DNA of 56,955 bases from Pseudomonadota bacterium (GTDB taxonomy: Archaea; Thermoplasmatota; SW-10-69-26; JACQPN01; JAJPHT01), in the NCBI GenBank assembly GCA_021325135.1, contig JAJPHT010000031.1:1-56955 (forward strand). Reading direction: 5' to 3'. The translations under genes were made by a program, and so were the position numbers. Of this stretch, positions 8,262 through 16,452 are shown piece after piece. Each line of letters begins with the position of its first letter. The stretch's first letter is position 1. The notes below the pieces were generated by a model, which was not told where the DNA came from, made no database searches, and worked only from the letters and a program-made list of their open reading frames with translations.

Positions 8262-10133
8262 ATGGAGCCCCAGCCCCCGTCCTGGCGCGCCCCCCTCGCG
8301 GCCGCGCTGGCGACCCTGCTCTTCGCGGGCGCGCTTCGCGCGTTCCTCTCGGGCGTCTACAACTACAACCTCAACGAGCTGGGGCTCAACGCGACCGCGC
8401 TCCTGCCGCTCATGCTCCTGGCCCCCGCGCTCCTGCGCGGCGCGGGCGAGCGCGCGCTCCCCGCGGCCGCCCTCGCGCTGGCCCTGGCGCGCCTCGCGAC
8501 GCCCTGGGCGCCGGGCATCCTGGGCGTCGCGCTCTCGGGCGTCGCATGCGTCGCGGCCCTCGTCGCGCTGGCCGCGCTGCTGCCGCGCGCAGGCGGGCCG
8601 GCCCTCGCGGCGGGCATGGCGCTGGGGTGGGCCGCCGACGTGGCCGTCGTGGCGTGGGGCCGCTCGTGGGACTGGACGCTGCCACGCGCGGGGGGCCTCT
8701 TCCTCCTGCCCGCGGGCGCGCTCCTCGTGGTCCTCGCGTGGCGCCCCGGGCCCGCGCTCCCCGAAGGGCCGCGCCGGCGCGGGCTCGCCCCGTGGGGGCT
8801 TGGCGCGTGGCTCTTCCTGGAGACGGCCATCGTGGCCAACCCCTTCGGCCTCGCGCGCTGGGACGAGGTGGACGCGCGCCTCGCCGTGCTGGGCGTGGCC
8901 GTGGGCCTCCTCGCGGGCGCGTGGCTCGCGCTGCGCGAATGGAGCCGCGCGGCGCTCCTCGTCCTCAACGCGCTGGCGCTCCTCTTCGCGCTGGACCACG
9001 GCCTCCTGCACTCGCCCCTCGTGCCGCTGGGGGCCCTCGTCGCGCAGGTGGCCCTCGTGGTGGACGCCGCCGTCGTCCTGGCGCCCCTGGGGAGCTTCAC
9101 CGCCGCGGCGCGTGCGTTCGGCCTCGGCGCGGGCGTCATGGTCCTGCTCCAGTTCCTCCTCATCTTCGCGTTCACGTTCGCCTACGTGCCCCTGAGCGGC
9201 GCGTGGCACGGCCTGGAGCGCTTCCTGCCCGCGCTGGCCGTCCTCCTCGTGGCGGCGGCCGCGCTGGTGGCCGTCCCCCGCGCCGCCGCGGCGTGGCACC
9301 CCACCCGCGCGCTCGCCGTGGCGCTGGCCGTCCTGCTGCTGGCGGCCGCTGCGCCTCTCGCGAGGCCCGCCGCGCCCGTGCCGGCGCCCAGCGCGGGCCC
9401 GATGCGCGTCATGACGTTCAACTTCCACCAGGGGTTCGACAACGACGGCGTGCTCGACCCCGAGGTCTTCGTCCGCATCGTGCGCGACGCCAGCCCCGAC
9501 GTCGTCGTCATGCAGGAGTACGACGCGACGCGCCTCTCCAGCGGCAACCTGGACCTCGTCCGCATCCTCGCCGACCGCCTGGGCTATCATTCCTACTACG
9601 GCCCGCCCACGTCGGCCGAAGGCTTCGCGGGCGGCATCCTCTCCCGCGAGCCCATCCGGGAGACGGCGTGGATCACGCTGCCCACCACCAAGGACAACCG
9701 CTACGCCACCGAGACGCGCCTGGACGTGGGCGGCCGCGACGCGTGGCTCTACGGCGTCCACTTCGGCCTGGGCGCCGCGGACCGCGCCGCGCAGCTTGAC
9801 GCGCTCCTCGCCCGCGCCGCGACGCGCACGGGGCCCAAGCTCCTCGTGGGCGACTTCAACGCCTGCCCCGCGCTGGCGTGCGACGACGCCGATGGCGGCC
9901 ACGTCTACTGGACGCTCACCGCGGCGGGCTGGCGCGACGCGTGGGTCGCCACGGGGCACGACGCCAACGACACCGCGGGCTACACCTTCGCGTCCTTCGA
10001 CCCCACCGAGCGCATCGACCACGTCTGGATGGGCCCCGAATGGGACGCCCTCTCCGTGACGCGCGTCGAGACGCCCGACGCCAAGGCCGCCAGCGACCAC
10101 TTCCCCGTGCTCGCCGAGCTGCGCCTGCGATGA
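8262..10133 (+). CDS. Multi-pass membrane protein with C-terminal endonuclease/exonuclease/phosphatase (EEP) domain
   Basis: VMTFNFHQG, DVVVMQE, GDFN, RIDHVW, SDHFPV EEP motifs after many TM helices. Confidence 0.88.
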   Translation: MEPQPPSWRAPLAAALATLLFAGALRAFLSGVYNYNLNELGLNATALLPLMLLAPALLRGAGERALPAAALALALARLATPWAPGILGVALSGVACVAALVALAALLPRAGGPALAAGMALGWAADVAVVAWGRSWDWTLPRAGGLFLLPAGALLVVLAWRPGPALPEGPRRRGLAPWGLGAWLFLETAIVANPFGLARWDEVDARLAVLGVAVGLLAGAWLALREWSRAALLVLNALALLFALDHGLLHSPLVPLGALVAQVALVVDAAVVLAPLGSFTAAARAFGLGAGVMVLLQFLLIFAFTFAYVPLSGAWHGLERFLPALAVLLVAAAALVAVPRAAAAWHPTRALAVALAVLLLAAAAPLARPAAPVPAPSAGPMRVMTFNFHQGFDNDGVLDPEVFVRIVRDASPDVVVMQEYDATRLSSGNLDLVRILADRLGYHSYYGPPTSAEGFAGGILSREPIRETAWITLPTTKDNRYATETRLDVGGRDAWLYGVHFGLGAADRAAQLDALLARAATRTGPKLLVGDFNACPALACDDADGGHVYWTLTAAGWRDAWVATGHDANDTAGYTFASFDPTERIDHVWMGPEWDALSVTRVETPDAKAASDHFPVLAELRLR

Positions 10134-10210
10134 CGGGTTCGGGGTCCCTCCGGCTGCGCAGGAGAAAGGCAAATCCCCCCGGAGGCGGCTGCCCCCGCCG
10201 AGGCTTGACC

Positions 10211-10444
10211 TTGCGAACCCTCCTTGTGGCCCTCAGCCTGCTCGCCGCCTTCAGCGCGCTCAGCTTCGCAGTCCCCGCGGCCGGCGCCTTCGGCGGCGTC
10301 GACGTGGCGAACAGCTGCACCGAAGCGACGAACTCCCACTGCTACTACATGCTCTGCATCGGCGCGACGCAGACCCAGTACGGCTACTACCAGTGCCAGT
10401 ACCCCATCTACTGGCCCTGCCAGTACTGCGTGCCGCTGTCCTGA
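10211..10444 (+). CDS. Small secreted Cys-rich peptide (TTG start, uncertain)
   Basis: Signal peptide ending AGA; mature ~50 aa with 6 Cys; followed by T-run. Confidence 0.7.
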   Translation: MRTLLVALSLLAAFSALSFAVPAAGAFGGVDVANSCTEATNSHCYYMLCIGATQTQYGYYQCQYPIYWPCQYCVPLS

Positions 10445-10458
10445 GCCCGCACCCCGCC

Positions 10459-10471
10459 TTCTTTTTTTTTT
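10459..10471 (+). terminator. Oligo-T archaeal terminator
   Basis: TTC followed by a T10 run, 15 nt after the peptide stop, in a GC-rich context. Confidence 0.65.
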
Positions 10472-10552
10472 GGGATTTGATATCGCACCAGCGGGCGCTG
10501 GGTCAAGAAAAGGACGAGGGTCGCGGGGGCTCTCCCCCACGACCCCCGCGGA

Positions 10553-10626
10553 TGGGCTCATCCGGATTCGAACCGGAGATCTGCGCTGTGTGAAAGCGCC
10601 GTCATAACCAGCTAGACCATGAGCCC
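10553..10626 (-). tRNA. tRNA-Val(CAC)
   Basis: Reverse complement GGGCTCATGGTCTAGCTGGTTATGACG GCGCT-TTCACAC-AGCGC ..GGTTCGAATCC..TGAGCCCA; cloverleaf, CCA not encoded. Confidence 0.95.
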
Positions 10627-10654
10627 GGGGCTGGGATGCGGCGATGCGGGCCGG

Positions 10655-10670
10655 CCTATAAGACGATTTC
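10655..10670 (-). promoter_or_regulatory. Putative BRE/TATA promoter of tRNA-Val
   Basis: GAAATCGTCTTATAGG on minus strand about 30 nt upstream of the tRNA. Confidence 0.5.
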
Positions 10671-10773
10671 GGGGTCCTGGCGGCGGCTTCCCATCCGGGC
10701 CGAATCTGGGGGAAGGCGTGTAGGCTTCGACAGCCTGAAGCCCATGCGGAGCGCCTGCCCGCGGCGGGCCGTC

Positions 10774-11073
10774 ATGGCGAGCCTCCGGCGCGTGCTCTGG
10801 CATCTCCTCGGCGGCACGAGGGGCGGGCCCATGCGGATCCGCATCATCGCGCTGCTGCGGGAGCGGCCCTCCAACACGAACCAGGTGAGCACGATGCTCA
10901 AGATCGACTACAAGACGGCGGAGCACCACCTGCGCGTCCTGCGCGAGAACCGCATCGTCTCGCCCACGGGCGACAAGTACGGCGCCGTCCACCTGCTGAC
11001 GCCCGAGATGGAGGAGAGCATGGCCGACTTCGACCTCATCGCCGCGAAGATCCTCAAGGAGGCGCCGCGGTGA
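10774..11073 (+). CDS. Winged-helix (ArsR-like) transcriptional regulator
   Basis: LWHLLGGTRGG..RIRII..L.ERPSN..YKT..HHLRVL..YGA, typical archaeal wHTH. Confidence 0.85.
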   Translation: MASLRRVLWHLLGGTRGGPMRIRIIALLRERPSNTNQVSTMLKIDYKTAEHHLRVLRENRIVSPTGDKYGAVHLLTPEMEESMADFDLIAAKILKEAPR

Positions 11074-11354
11074 GCGCGCTGGAGGCGCTGGACCTGGGCC
11101 TCGCGGCCCTCAACGGCGTGCTGGCCCTCGTGCTGGCGACCGTCTACTGGCGCAACCACCGGCAGCTGCGCTCCCCCTTCACGCTGGGCCTGCTCCTCTT
11201 CGCCGCGTTCCTCCTCGTCCACAACGCGGTCATCGTCTACGAGTCGTGGAGCATGATGATGGTCTCCGTCGGGCCCGACCCGGGGCTTCTCCTCGTGGAC
11301 GAGCTTCTCCAGAGCGCGGCGTCCATCGCCCTGCTTGTGGCCACGATGCGCTAG
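11070..11354 (+). CDS. Small 3-TM membrane protein co-transcribed with the regulator
   Basis: GTGA overlap; RSPFTLGLLLFA motif; three hydrophobic helices. Confidence 0.75.
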   Translation: MSALEALDLGLAALNGVLALVLATVYWRNHRQLRSPFTLGLLLFAAFLLVHNAVIVYESWSMMMVSVGPDPGLLLVDELLQSAASIALLVATMR

Positions 11355-12109
11355 AGGCGGGCGCCTTCCAGGGCGCGTCCGCACGCGCAGGGCCGCGGAG
11401 CGCGCACGCCGAGGGCCGCGCGTCGCGCCACGCGCAGGGCAAGCCCGCCCATCTTGGCCGCCTCGGCGCGGATGTCCTCCGCGCGGGGCCGCGCGCCGGC
11501 GACGCCCGCGGCGGGGTTCGTGACGAGGCAGAGGCTCGCGTAGCAGAGCGCGCGCTCGCGGGCCAGCGCCGCCTCGGGGCAGCCGGTCATGCCCACGACG
11601 TGCGCGCCCAGCGAGCGCAGCGCGCGCACCTCGGCGCGCGTCTCCAGGCGGGGCCCGTCGGTGGCCGCGTAGACGCCCCCGTCGCGGACGGTCGCGCCCT
11701 CGGCGCGGGCGGCCTCCACGAGCAGGCGGCGCGCGTCGGGGCAGTACGCCTCGCTCACGTCCACGTGCACCGAGGAGTCGTCGAAGAACGAGAGCGGCGA
11801 GGAGCGGAAGTCCAGGTAGTCGTCGGGGACGAGCAGCGTGCCGGGCGTCAAGTCCTCGATGAGCGCGCCCACGCTGTTGAGGGCCAGCACGGCGTCGACG
11901 CGGCAGCGCGCGAGCGCCTCGACGTTGGCCTTGTGGTCCACCCGGTGCGCGGGCCGCGCGGCCGTCCCGTGGCGCGCCACGAGGAAAAGATCGACGCCCG
12001 CGTCGCGGACGTGCCAGACGGGCGCGTCGCCGAAGGGCGTCTCCACGAGAAGGGGCTCGCCCCGCGGGGGCGCGATGCCGGTGCCGCCGATGATCCCGAC
12101 GCGGGTCAC
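11351..12109 (-). CDS. mtnP: MTAP-family purine nucleoside phosphorylase
   Basis: VGIIGGTG, VETPFG, RHG, GPRLETRAE, VGMT..PEAALARE..YASLC.VTN. Confidence 0.9.
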   Translation of the reverse strand: MTRVGIIGGTGIAPPRGEPLLVETPFGDAPVWHVRDAGVDLFLVARHGTAARPAHRVDHKANVEALARCRVDAVLALNSVGALIEDLTPGTLLVPDDYLDFRSSPLSFFDDSSVHVDVSEAYCPDARRLLVEAARAEGATVRDGGVYAATDGPRLETRAEVRALRSLGAHVVGMTGCPEAALARERALCYASLCLVTNPAAGVAGARPRAEDIRAEAAKMGGLALRVARRAALGVRAPRPCACGRALEGARL

Positions 12110-12660
12110 TCGTCCTCTTCGTCGCCGCCTGCGAGGTCGCTGGCGCGCCACGCCTGGACGACGTCCTGGATGCGCTTCTGCAGCTCCATCTTGCGGGCGC
12201 GCACCTCGTCGCGGACCTTCTTGAGGGGCGCGTGGTGCGCCACGAGGGTCTCCGAGTCCGCGAGGAAGCTGTTGAGCGTGGCGAGGGGGTCCTCCCAGGC
12301 GGCGACCTGGTCCACGGCCTTGACCTTGGTCTTCAGCGCCTCGTCGGCCATCTCGATGAAGTCCTTGCCGTACGCGACCATGGCCTCCGCCATCTCGGCG
12401 GGGGGCAGGTCCTCGGGGAGGTCGCCGCCCTCCTGCTGGGCGAGGAACTCGATGCTCTTCTTCTCGAGCTTCTGCTTGAGGCCGCGCAGCTGGTCGCGCA
12501 GCGCCTTCACGTCCCCGTGGGAGTTGAGGTCCTCGGTGTCGGCCAGGAACGTGTCGATGGCCTCCACCTGGTTGTCGATGAAGTAGAGCTGGTCCTCGCG
12601 GAGGATCTTGCGGTCCATCTCCTCCTCGGCGTTCTTGACGAAGAGCTGACCATCGGCCAT
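12106..12660 (-). CDS. Acidic helical hypothetical protein
   Basis: Strong host codon usage; stop overlaps MTAP start. Confidence 0.7.
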   Translation of the reverse strand: MADGQLFVKNAEEEMDRKILREDQLYFIDNQVEAIDTFLADTEDLNSHGDVKALRDQLRGLKQKLEKKSIEFLAQQEGGDLPEDLPPAEMAEAMVAYGKDFIEMADEALKTKVKAVDQVAAWEDPLATLNSFLADSETLVAHHAPLKKVRDEVRARKMELQKRIQDVVQAWRASDLAGGDEEDE

Positions 12661-12848
12661 CGCGCGCTGGACTTCCACGGACCATCCCTCTGCGACTGGC
12701 GGGGAGTCGCGCGGGGCGGGCATGAATCTTGCCCTCTGGCGAAGCCGTCGGCGGCCTCATACGGGGGAGCGGCGGTCACCCACCGCGCGATCCTGGCCCC
12801 TCCGGAGCGGCCCCCGCCCTCCGCCCGCCAGCCGTTGCGCGAACCACC

Positions 12849-12922
12849 GGGCCCCTAGCTTAGTCTGGTAGAGCGCCGGGCTCATAACCCGTTGGTCTGC
12901 GGTTCAAATCCGCAGGGGCCCA
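12849..12922 (+). tRNA. tRNA with CAT anticodon, most likely tRNA-Ile2(CAU) (agmatidine-modified)
   Basis: GGGCCCC/GGGGCCC acceptor stem, CGGG-CTCATAA-CCCG anticodon arm, GGTTCAAATCC T-arm; acceptor stem matches archaeal Ile2 rather than Met. Confidence 0.9.
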
Positions 12923-13053
12923 TGAGCGAGCGCAGCGAGCGACGGGCCCCTCGGATTGGAACGAGGCCGATCCCGACGAGCGGCCTTCAGGCCGCGAGGA
13001 GAGGCTTCGGCCGGAGGTCAAATCCGCAGGGGCCCATGAGCGAGCGCAGCGAG
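12904..13053 (+). repeat. 36-bp direct repeat of tRNA 3' end plus trailer, with an intervening inverted copy
   Basis: TCAAATCCGCAGGGGCCCATGAGCGAGCGCAGCGAG at 12904-12939 and 13018-13053; GGGCCCCTCGGATTGGAAC at 12944-12962 is an imperfect reverse complement of the tRNA 3' end. Confidence 0.9.
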
Positions 13054-13217
13054 AGATCGCCCGTTGGCACTGCGAAGGGGGCGGCCGGCTGCCCGTGATA
13101 TCAATCGCGGGCTGGCAGGAGGGCCCCCGCCCCTTGAGTACGTTTTCGCTTCTCCAGCGGAAAGAAGACCCCGATCCTTCACAAACTATATGCTGGGCAC
13201 CCGGGCATGGGCGGACC

Positions 13218-13409
13218 ATGCGGGACCAGGCGATCCTCAGGACGCTCAGCGAATTGGACCGCTGGAAGCGGCGCCAGGAGGAGCTGCGCGCCGAGCTGGA
13301 GAAGGTCGAGCGCCAGGTGGTCTACTACGAGGCCCTGGCCAAGGACATGAAGCGCGAGGTGCGCCCCGCGCGCCTGGGCGACCTGCTTCGCACCATGTGG
13401 AAGCTCTGA
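13218..13409 (+). CDS. Small coiled-coil hypothetical protein (63 aa)
   Basis: ATG preceded by AAACTATATG TATA-like box at about 13183; heptad pattern. Confidence 0.7.
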   Translation: MRDQAILRTLSELDRWKRRQEELRAELEKVERQVVYYEALAKDMKREVRPARLGDLLRTMWKL

Positions 13410-13413
13410 CGCT

Positions 13414-13785
13414 TCACTCGCCCAGGAGCTTCAGGATGGCCTCGGCCGGCTGGCCGTTGGCCTCGTCGAGCGCCTTGCGCGCCTGCGCCTCGTCCACGTG
13501 CGCCTGCTCCATGACGAGCTTCACGTCCTCGGGGCTGTAGGAAATCTTCACGGGCGCCTTGGGCGCGAGGCTGCGCTCCTCGGGCGTGCCCATGAGCTGC
13601 CACGTCGTCTGCCCCTGCGCGACCATCTTGGAGACGGTGGCGTCGCGGAAGACGATCTCCTTCTCCTTGGTGCGGATGACGACCTCCTCCACGTCGTCGA
13701 TGTCCTCCACCTCGATGCCCATCTGCTTCATCATGGCGTTGAGGCGCTTGGGGTTCATGTTGCGTCCGCCGAAGCCGGGGATCAT
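13414..13785 (-). CDS. nac: Nascent polypeptide-associated complex protein (archaeal NAC)
   Basis: MNPKRL..MMKQMGI..DVEEVVI; C-terminal UBA-like EDVKLVMEQA.V....ARKAL..ANG.PAEAI. Confidence 0.95.
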   Translation of the reverse strand: MIPGFGGRNMNPKRLNAMMKQMGIEVEDIDDVEEVVIRTKEKEIVFRDATVSKMVAQGQTTWQLMGTPEERSLAPKAPVKISYSPEDVKLVMEQAHVDEAQARKALDEANGQPAEAILKLLGE

Positions 13786-13870
13786 GGGAGTCGCTCCGCA
13801 GTAGGGGGTGCGGGCCTTGAAGGTTCCGAGTCGGGAAACGTCCTTACCGCGGCGGGCCGCTCCCGGCGGC

Positions 13871-15349
13871 GTGATCCCCCTCCCCGAGACGCGCGTGCTC
13901 GACCGCAACGCGGAGGCGCTGGGCGTCTCCACCGCGCAGCTCATGGAGAGCGCGGGCCGCGCGCTGGCCGAGCATTGCGCGCCGGTGGCCGGCGCCGCGG
14001 GCGTCCTCGTGCTGGCGGGGCCGGGCAACAACGGGGGCGACGGGCTCGTCGCCGCGCGCCACCTCGCGGCGCTGCGCGTGCCCGTCGAGGTGATGACGCC
14101 CGTCTCGCCCGGCGGCTGGCGCACGGACCTTGCGCGGGCCGCCTTCGGCGCGCTGCCTCCGCAGGTGCCCGTGCGCTTCGAGGCGACGCCGCAGCAGGTC
14201 GAGGCCGCCATGGCCAAGGGCCCCGTCGTGCTGGACGCCCTTCTGGGCGCGGGCCTCTCGGGGGAGCTGCGCGAGCCCTACGCCGGCTTCGTGCGCGCGC
14301 TGGCAAGGACCAAGGCGCGCGTCGTCGCGGTGGACGTGCCCACCGGCTTTGGCACCGCCACGACCTACGCGCCGCGCGAGACCGTGACGCTCCATGATGT
14401 CAAAGAGGGGATGACCGAGGCCAACTCGGGTCGCATCCGCGTCGTGGACATCGGCATCCCGCGCGATGCGTCGCGCTACACGGGGCCCGGCGAGTACGCG
14501 CTCTACCCCCAGGGGAAGTGGGACCAGCACAAGGGCGAGGGGGGCGTCGTCCTCGTCATCGGCGGCGGCCCCTACACCGGCGCGCCCGCGGTGTGCGGCA
14601 TGGCGGCGCTGCGCGCGGGGGCGGACCTGGCCATCGTGCTCACGCCGCAGCGCGCGTGGCAGGTGGTCGCCTCCTACTCGCCCAACCTCGTGGTGCGGCC
14701 GATGAACGGCGACGACCTCAACTTCGACGACCCTGCCAACCGCGTCACGCTGAACACGTGGCTCAAGAAGGCCGACAGCGTCGTCGTGGGCCCGGGCCTG
14801 GGGCTCTTCGGCCAGACGCAGAAGGCGGTCCACCACGCGCTGGAGCGCGCCGCGCGCGAGGGCATGCCCGTGGTCGTGGACGCCGACGCCCTCACCGCCA
14901 TCGCGGAGCGCAAGGACCTCGTCACCGCGCGCACCGTGCTCACGCCCCACGCGCGCGAGTTCCGCACGCTCACCGGCCGCGACCTGCCCGGGGACGACGA
15001 CGGGCGCGAGAAGGCCGCGCTCTCCGCCGCGCAGGAGTTCGGCGGCGCGTGGCTCGTGAAGGGCCCCGTCGACGCCGTGAGCGACGGCGAGCGCGTGAAG
15101 CTCAACGCCACGGGCCACCCCGCCATGAGCGTCGGGGGCACCGGCGACGCGCTCTCCGGCGTTGTGGGCGCGCTCCTCGCCAAGGGCATGACGCCCTTCG
15201 ACGCGGCGCGCGTCGGGGCCCGCCTCGTGGGCGAGGCCGGCGAGCGGGCCGCGGCGCGCAAGAGCTGGGGGCTCCTCGCCACGGACGTGGTGGAGGCGAT
15301 CCCCGAGGTGCTGGCGGCGGTGATCCCCGCGGCGCCCCGCCATCCCTAG
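13871..15349 (+). CDS. nnr: Bifunctional NAD(P)H-hydrate epimerase/dehydratase (NnrE/NnrD)
   Basis: LMESAG, GPGNNGGDG, DALLG.G, AVDVPTG, HKG..G.VLVIGG, DADAL, LTPH..EF, GGTGD.L.G. Confidence 0.95.
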   Translation: MIPLPETRVLDRNAEALGVSTAQLMESAGRALAEHCAPVAGAAGVLVLAGPGNNGGDGLVAARHLAALRVPVEVMTPVSPGGWRTDLARAAFGALPPQVPVRFEATPQQVEAAMAKGPVVLDALLGAGLSGELREPYAGFVRALARTKARVVAVDVPTGFGTATTYAPRETVTLHDVKEGMTEANSGRIRVVDIGIPRDASRYTGPGEYALYPQGKWDQHKGEGGVVLVIGGGPYTGAPAVCGMAALRAGADLAIVLTPQRAWQVVASYSPNLVVRPMNGDDLNFDDPANRVTLNTWLKKADSVVVGPGLGLFGQTQKAVHHALERAAREGMPVVVDADALTAIAERKDLVTARTVLTPHAREFRTLTGRDLPGDDDGREKAALSAAQEFGGAWLVKGPVDAVSDGERVKLNATGHPAMSVGGTGDALSGVVGALLAKGMTPFDAARVGARLVGEAGERAAARKSWGLLATDVVEAIPEVLAAVIPAAPRHP

Positions 15350-15446
15350 AACGGTCCTTGGTCAGTCCCGGCTCTGAAAAACGCTGCATCCAATAAGTCT
15401 ATAAGACGTCCCTGGGAGTGTCGCAGTGTCCCCCGTTGCGGGGAGT

Positions 15447-15467
15447 CAAAACCGAGGCTCTAAATAC
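15447..15467 (+). promoter_or_regulatory. Putative BRE/TATA promoter of surface-protein operon
   Basis: CAAAACCGAGGCTCTAAATAC about 45 nt before ATG; GAGGT SD-like motif before start. Confidence 0.5.
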
Positions 15468-15510
15468 GACCCGGGAAGCTGGGCCGTTCGCCTCGTTGGA
15501 GAGGTAAGCC

Positions 15511-16437
15511 ATGCGCAGCAAGACCATCCTGAACATCCTGATCATCGGCGGCCTCGTGTTGGGCGGGCTGTCCCTGGTGGCCCCCACCGCGAGCGCCCAG
15601 AAGAACGGCTCGCTCACCTTCGGCGCCTACGCCTTCTCGGACCCCATCAAGCCCCTCCGCCCCGCCGTCTGCCAGACGCAGACGGTGACCTTCACCGCCG
15701 ACCCCTCGGCCTACTCGGGCCTCATCGGCGTGGGCGTCACCTACACCGTCTCCAAGCAGCCCGCGTGGGCGACGGTCATCCTCTCGCCCTCGTCGGACCT
15801 CTTCGCGAACCCGGCGACCCCCGGCACCACCGGCTCCTACTCCTCCACGCGCCCCCTGACCGTGTGCATCACGACCAGCGACCAGGCCCCCGCGTTCGTC
15901 AACGACCAGGTGGAGGTCTCCGGCACCGCGACCGCGGCCGCCGGCTCGATCACGGGCAAGACGAACTTCCCCATCGCGGCCGACTACTTCAGCATCATCG
16001 ACGTGAACCTCCAGGAGGCCGTCAAGGTCGACCGCCCCCAGACCCCCGTCGTGTTCCCGCTCCAGATCACCAACCTGGGCAACGCGAACACCAAGGTGAC
16101 CATCCTCCCCGACGCACCCACGGGCGGCCTCATCGTCCAGACGCCCCAGCCCGTCATCCTCCAGTCCAAGCAGGCTGGAGGCCAGCAGGTCACCAGCACG
16201 GTGTCGCTGACCATCCAGACGCCCTACCACAACGGCTACCTCAACCAGGTCGCGGGCGAGAACTACAAGATCACGTCGGCCTACGCGCTGGACCCCAAGC
16301 TCGTGGGCGATTCCAGCTCCGTCTCGGTGGTGCTCACCACCCGCGGCTTCTACGTGCCCGGCTTCGAGCCAGGGCTCCTCGTGGCGGCCCTGGGCGGCGT
16401 GGCGCTCCTCCTCGCGATCCGCCGCCGCATGGCGTGA
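15511..16437 (+). CDS. Secreted beta-sandwich surface protein with PGF-CTERM sorting signal
   Basis: Signal peptide; Thr/Val/Ser-rich; C-terminal VPGFE + TM + RRR. Confidence 0.85.
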   Translation: MRSKTILNILIIGGLVLGGLSLVAPTASAQKNGSLTFGAYAFSDPIKPLRPAVCQTQTVTFTADPSAYSGLIGVGVTYTVSKQPAWATVILSPSSDLFANPATPGTTGSYSSTRPLTVCITTSDQAPAFVNDQVEVSGTATAAAGSITGKTNFPIAADYFSIIDVNLQEAVKVDRPQTPVVFPLQITNLGNANTKVTILPDAPTGGLIVQTPQPVILQSKQAGGQQVTSTVSLTIQTPYHNGYLNQVAGENYKITSAYALDPKLVGDSSSVSVVLTTRGFYVPGFEPGLLVAALGGVALLLAIRRRMA

Positions 16438-16452
16438 TCCCGGGGGCCCGCC

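Noticed and set aside
12849-12922. tRNA-Met assignment
   Set aside because: Lacks initiator features (A1-U72) and the GGGCCC acceptor stem matches archaeal tRNA-Ile2; Met cannot be fully excluded without a covariance model.
12904-13053. tRNA 3' duplication as attL/attR of an integrated provirus or island
   Set aside because: Copies are only 114 bp apart, include non-tRNA trailer, and no integrase or cargo is present.
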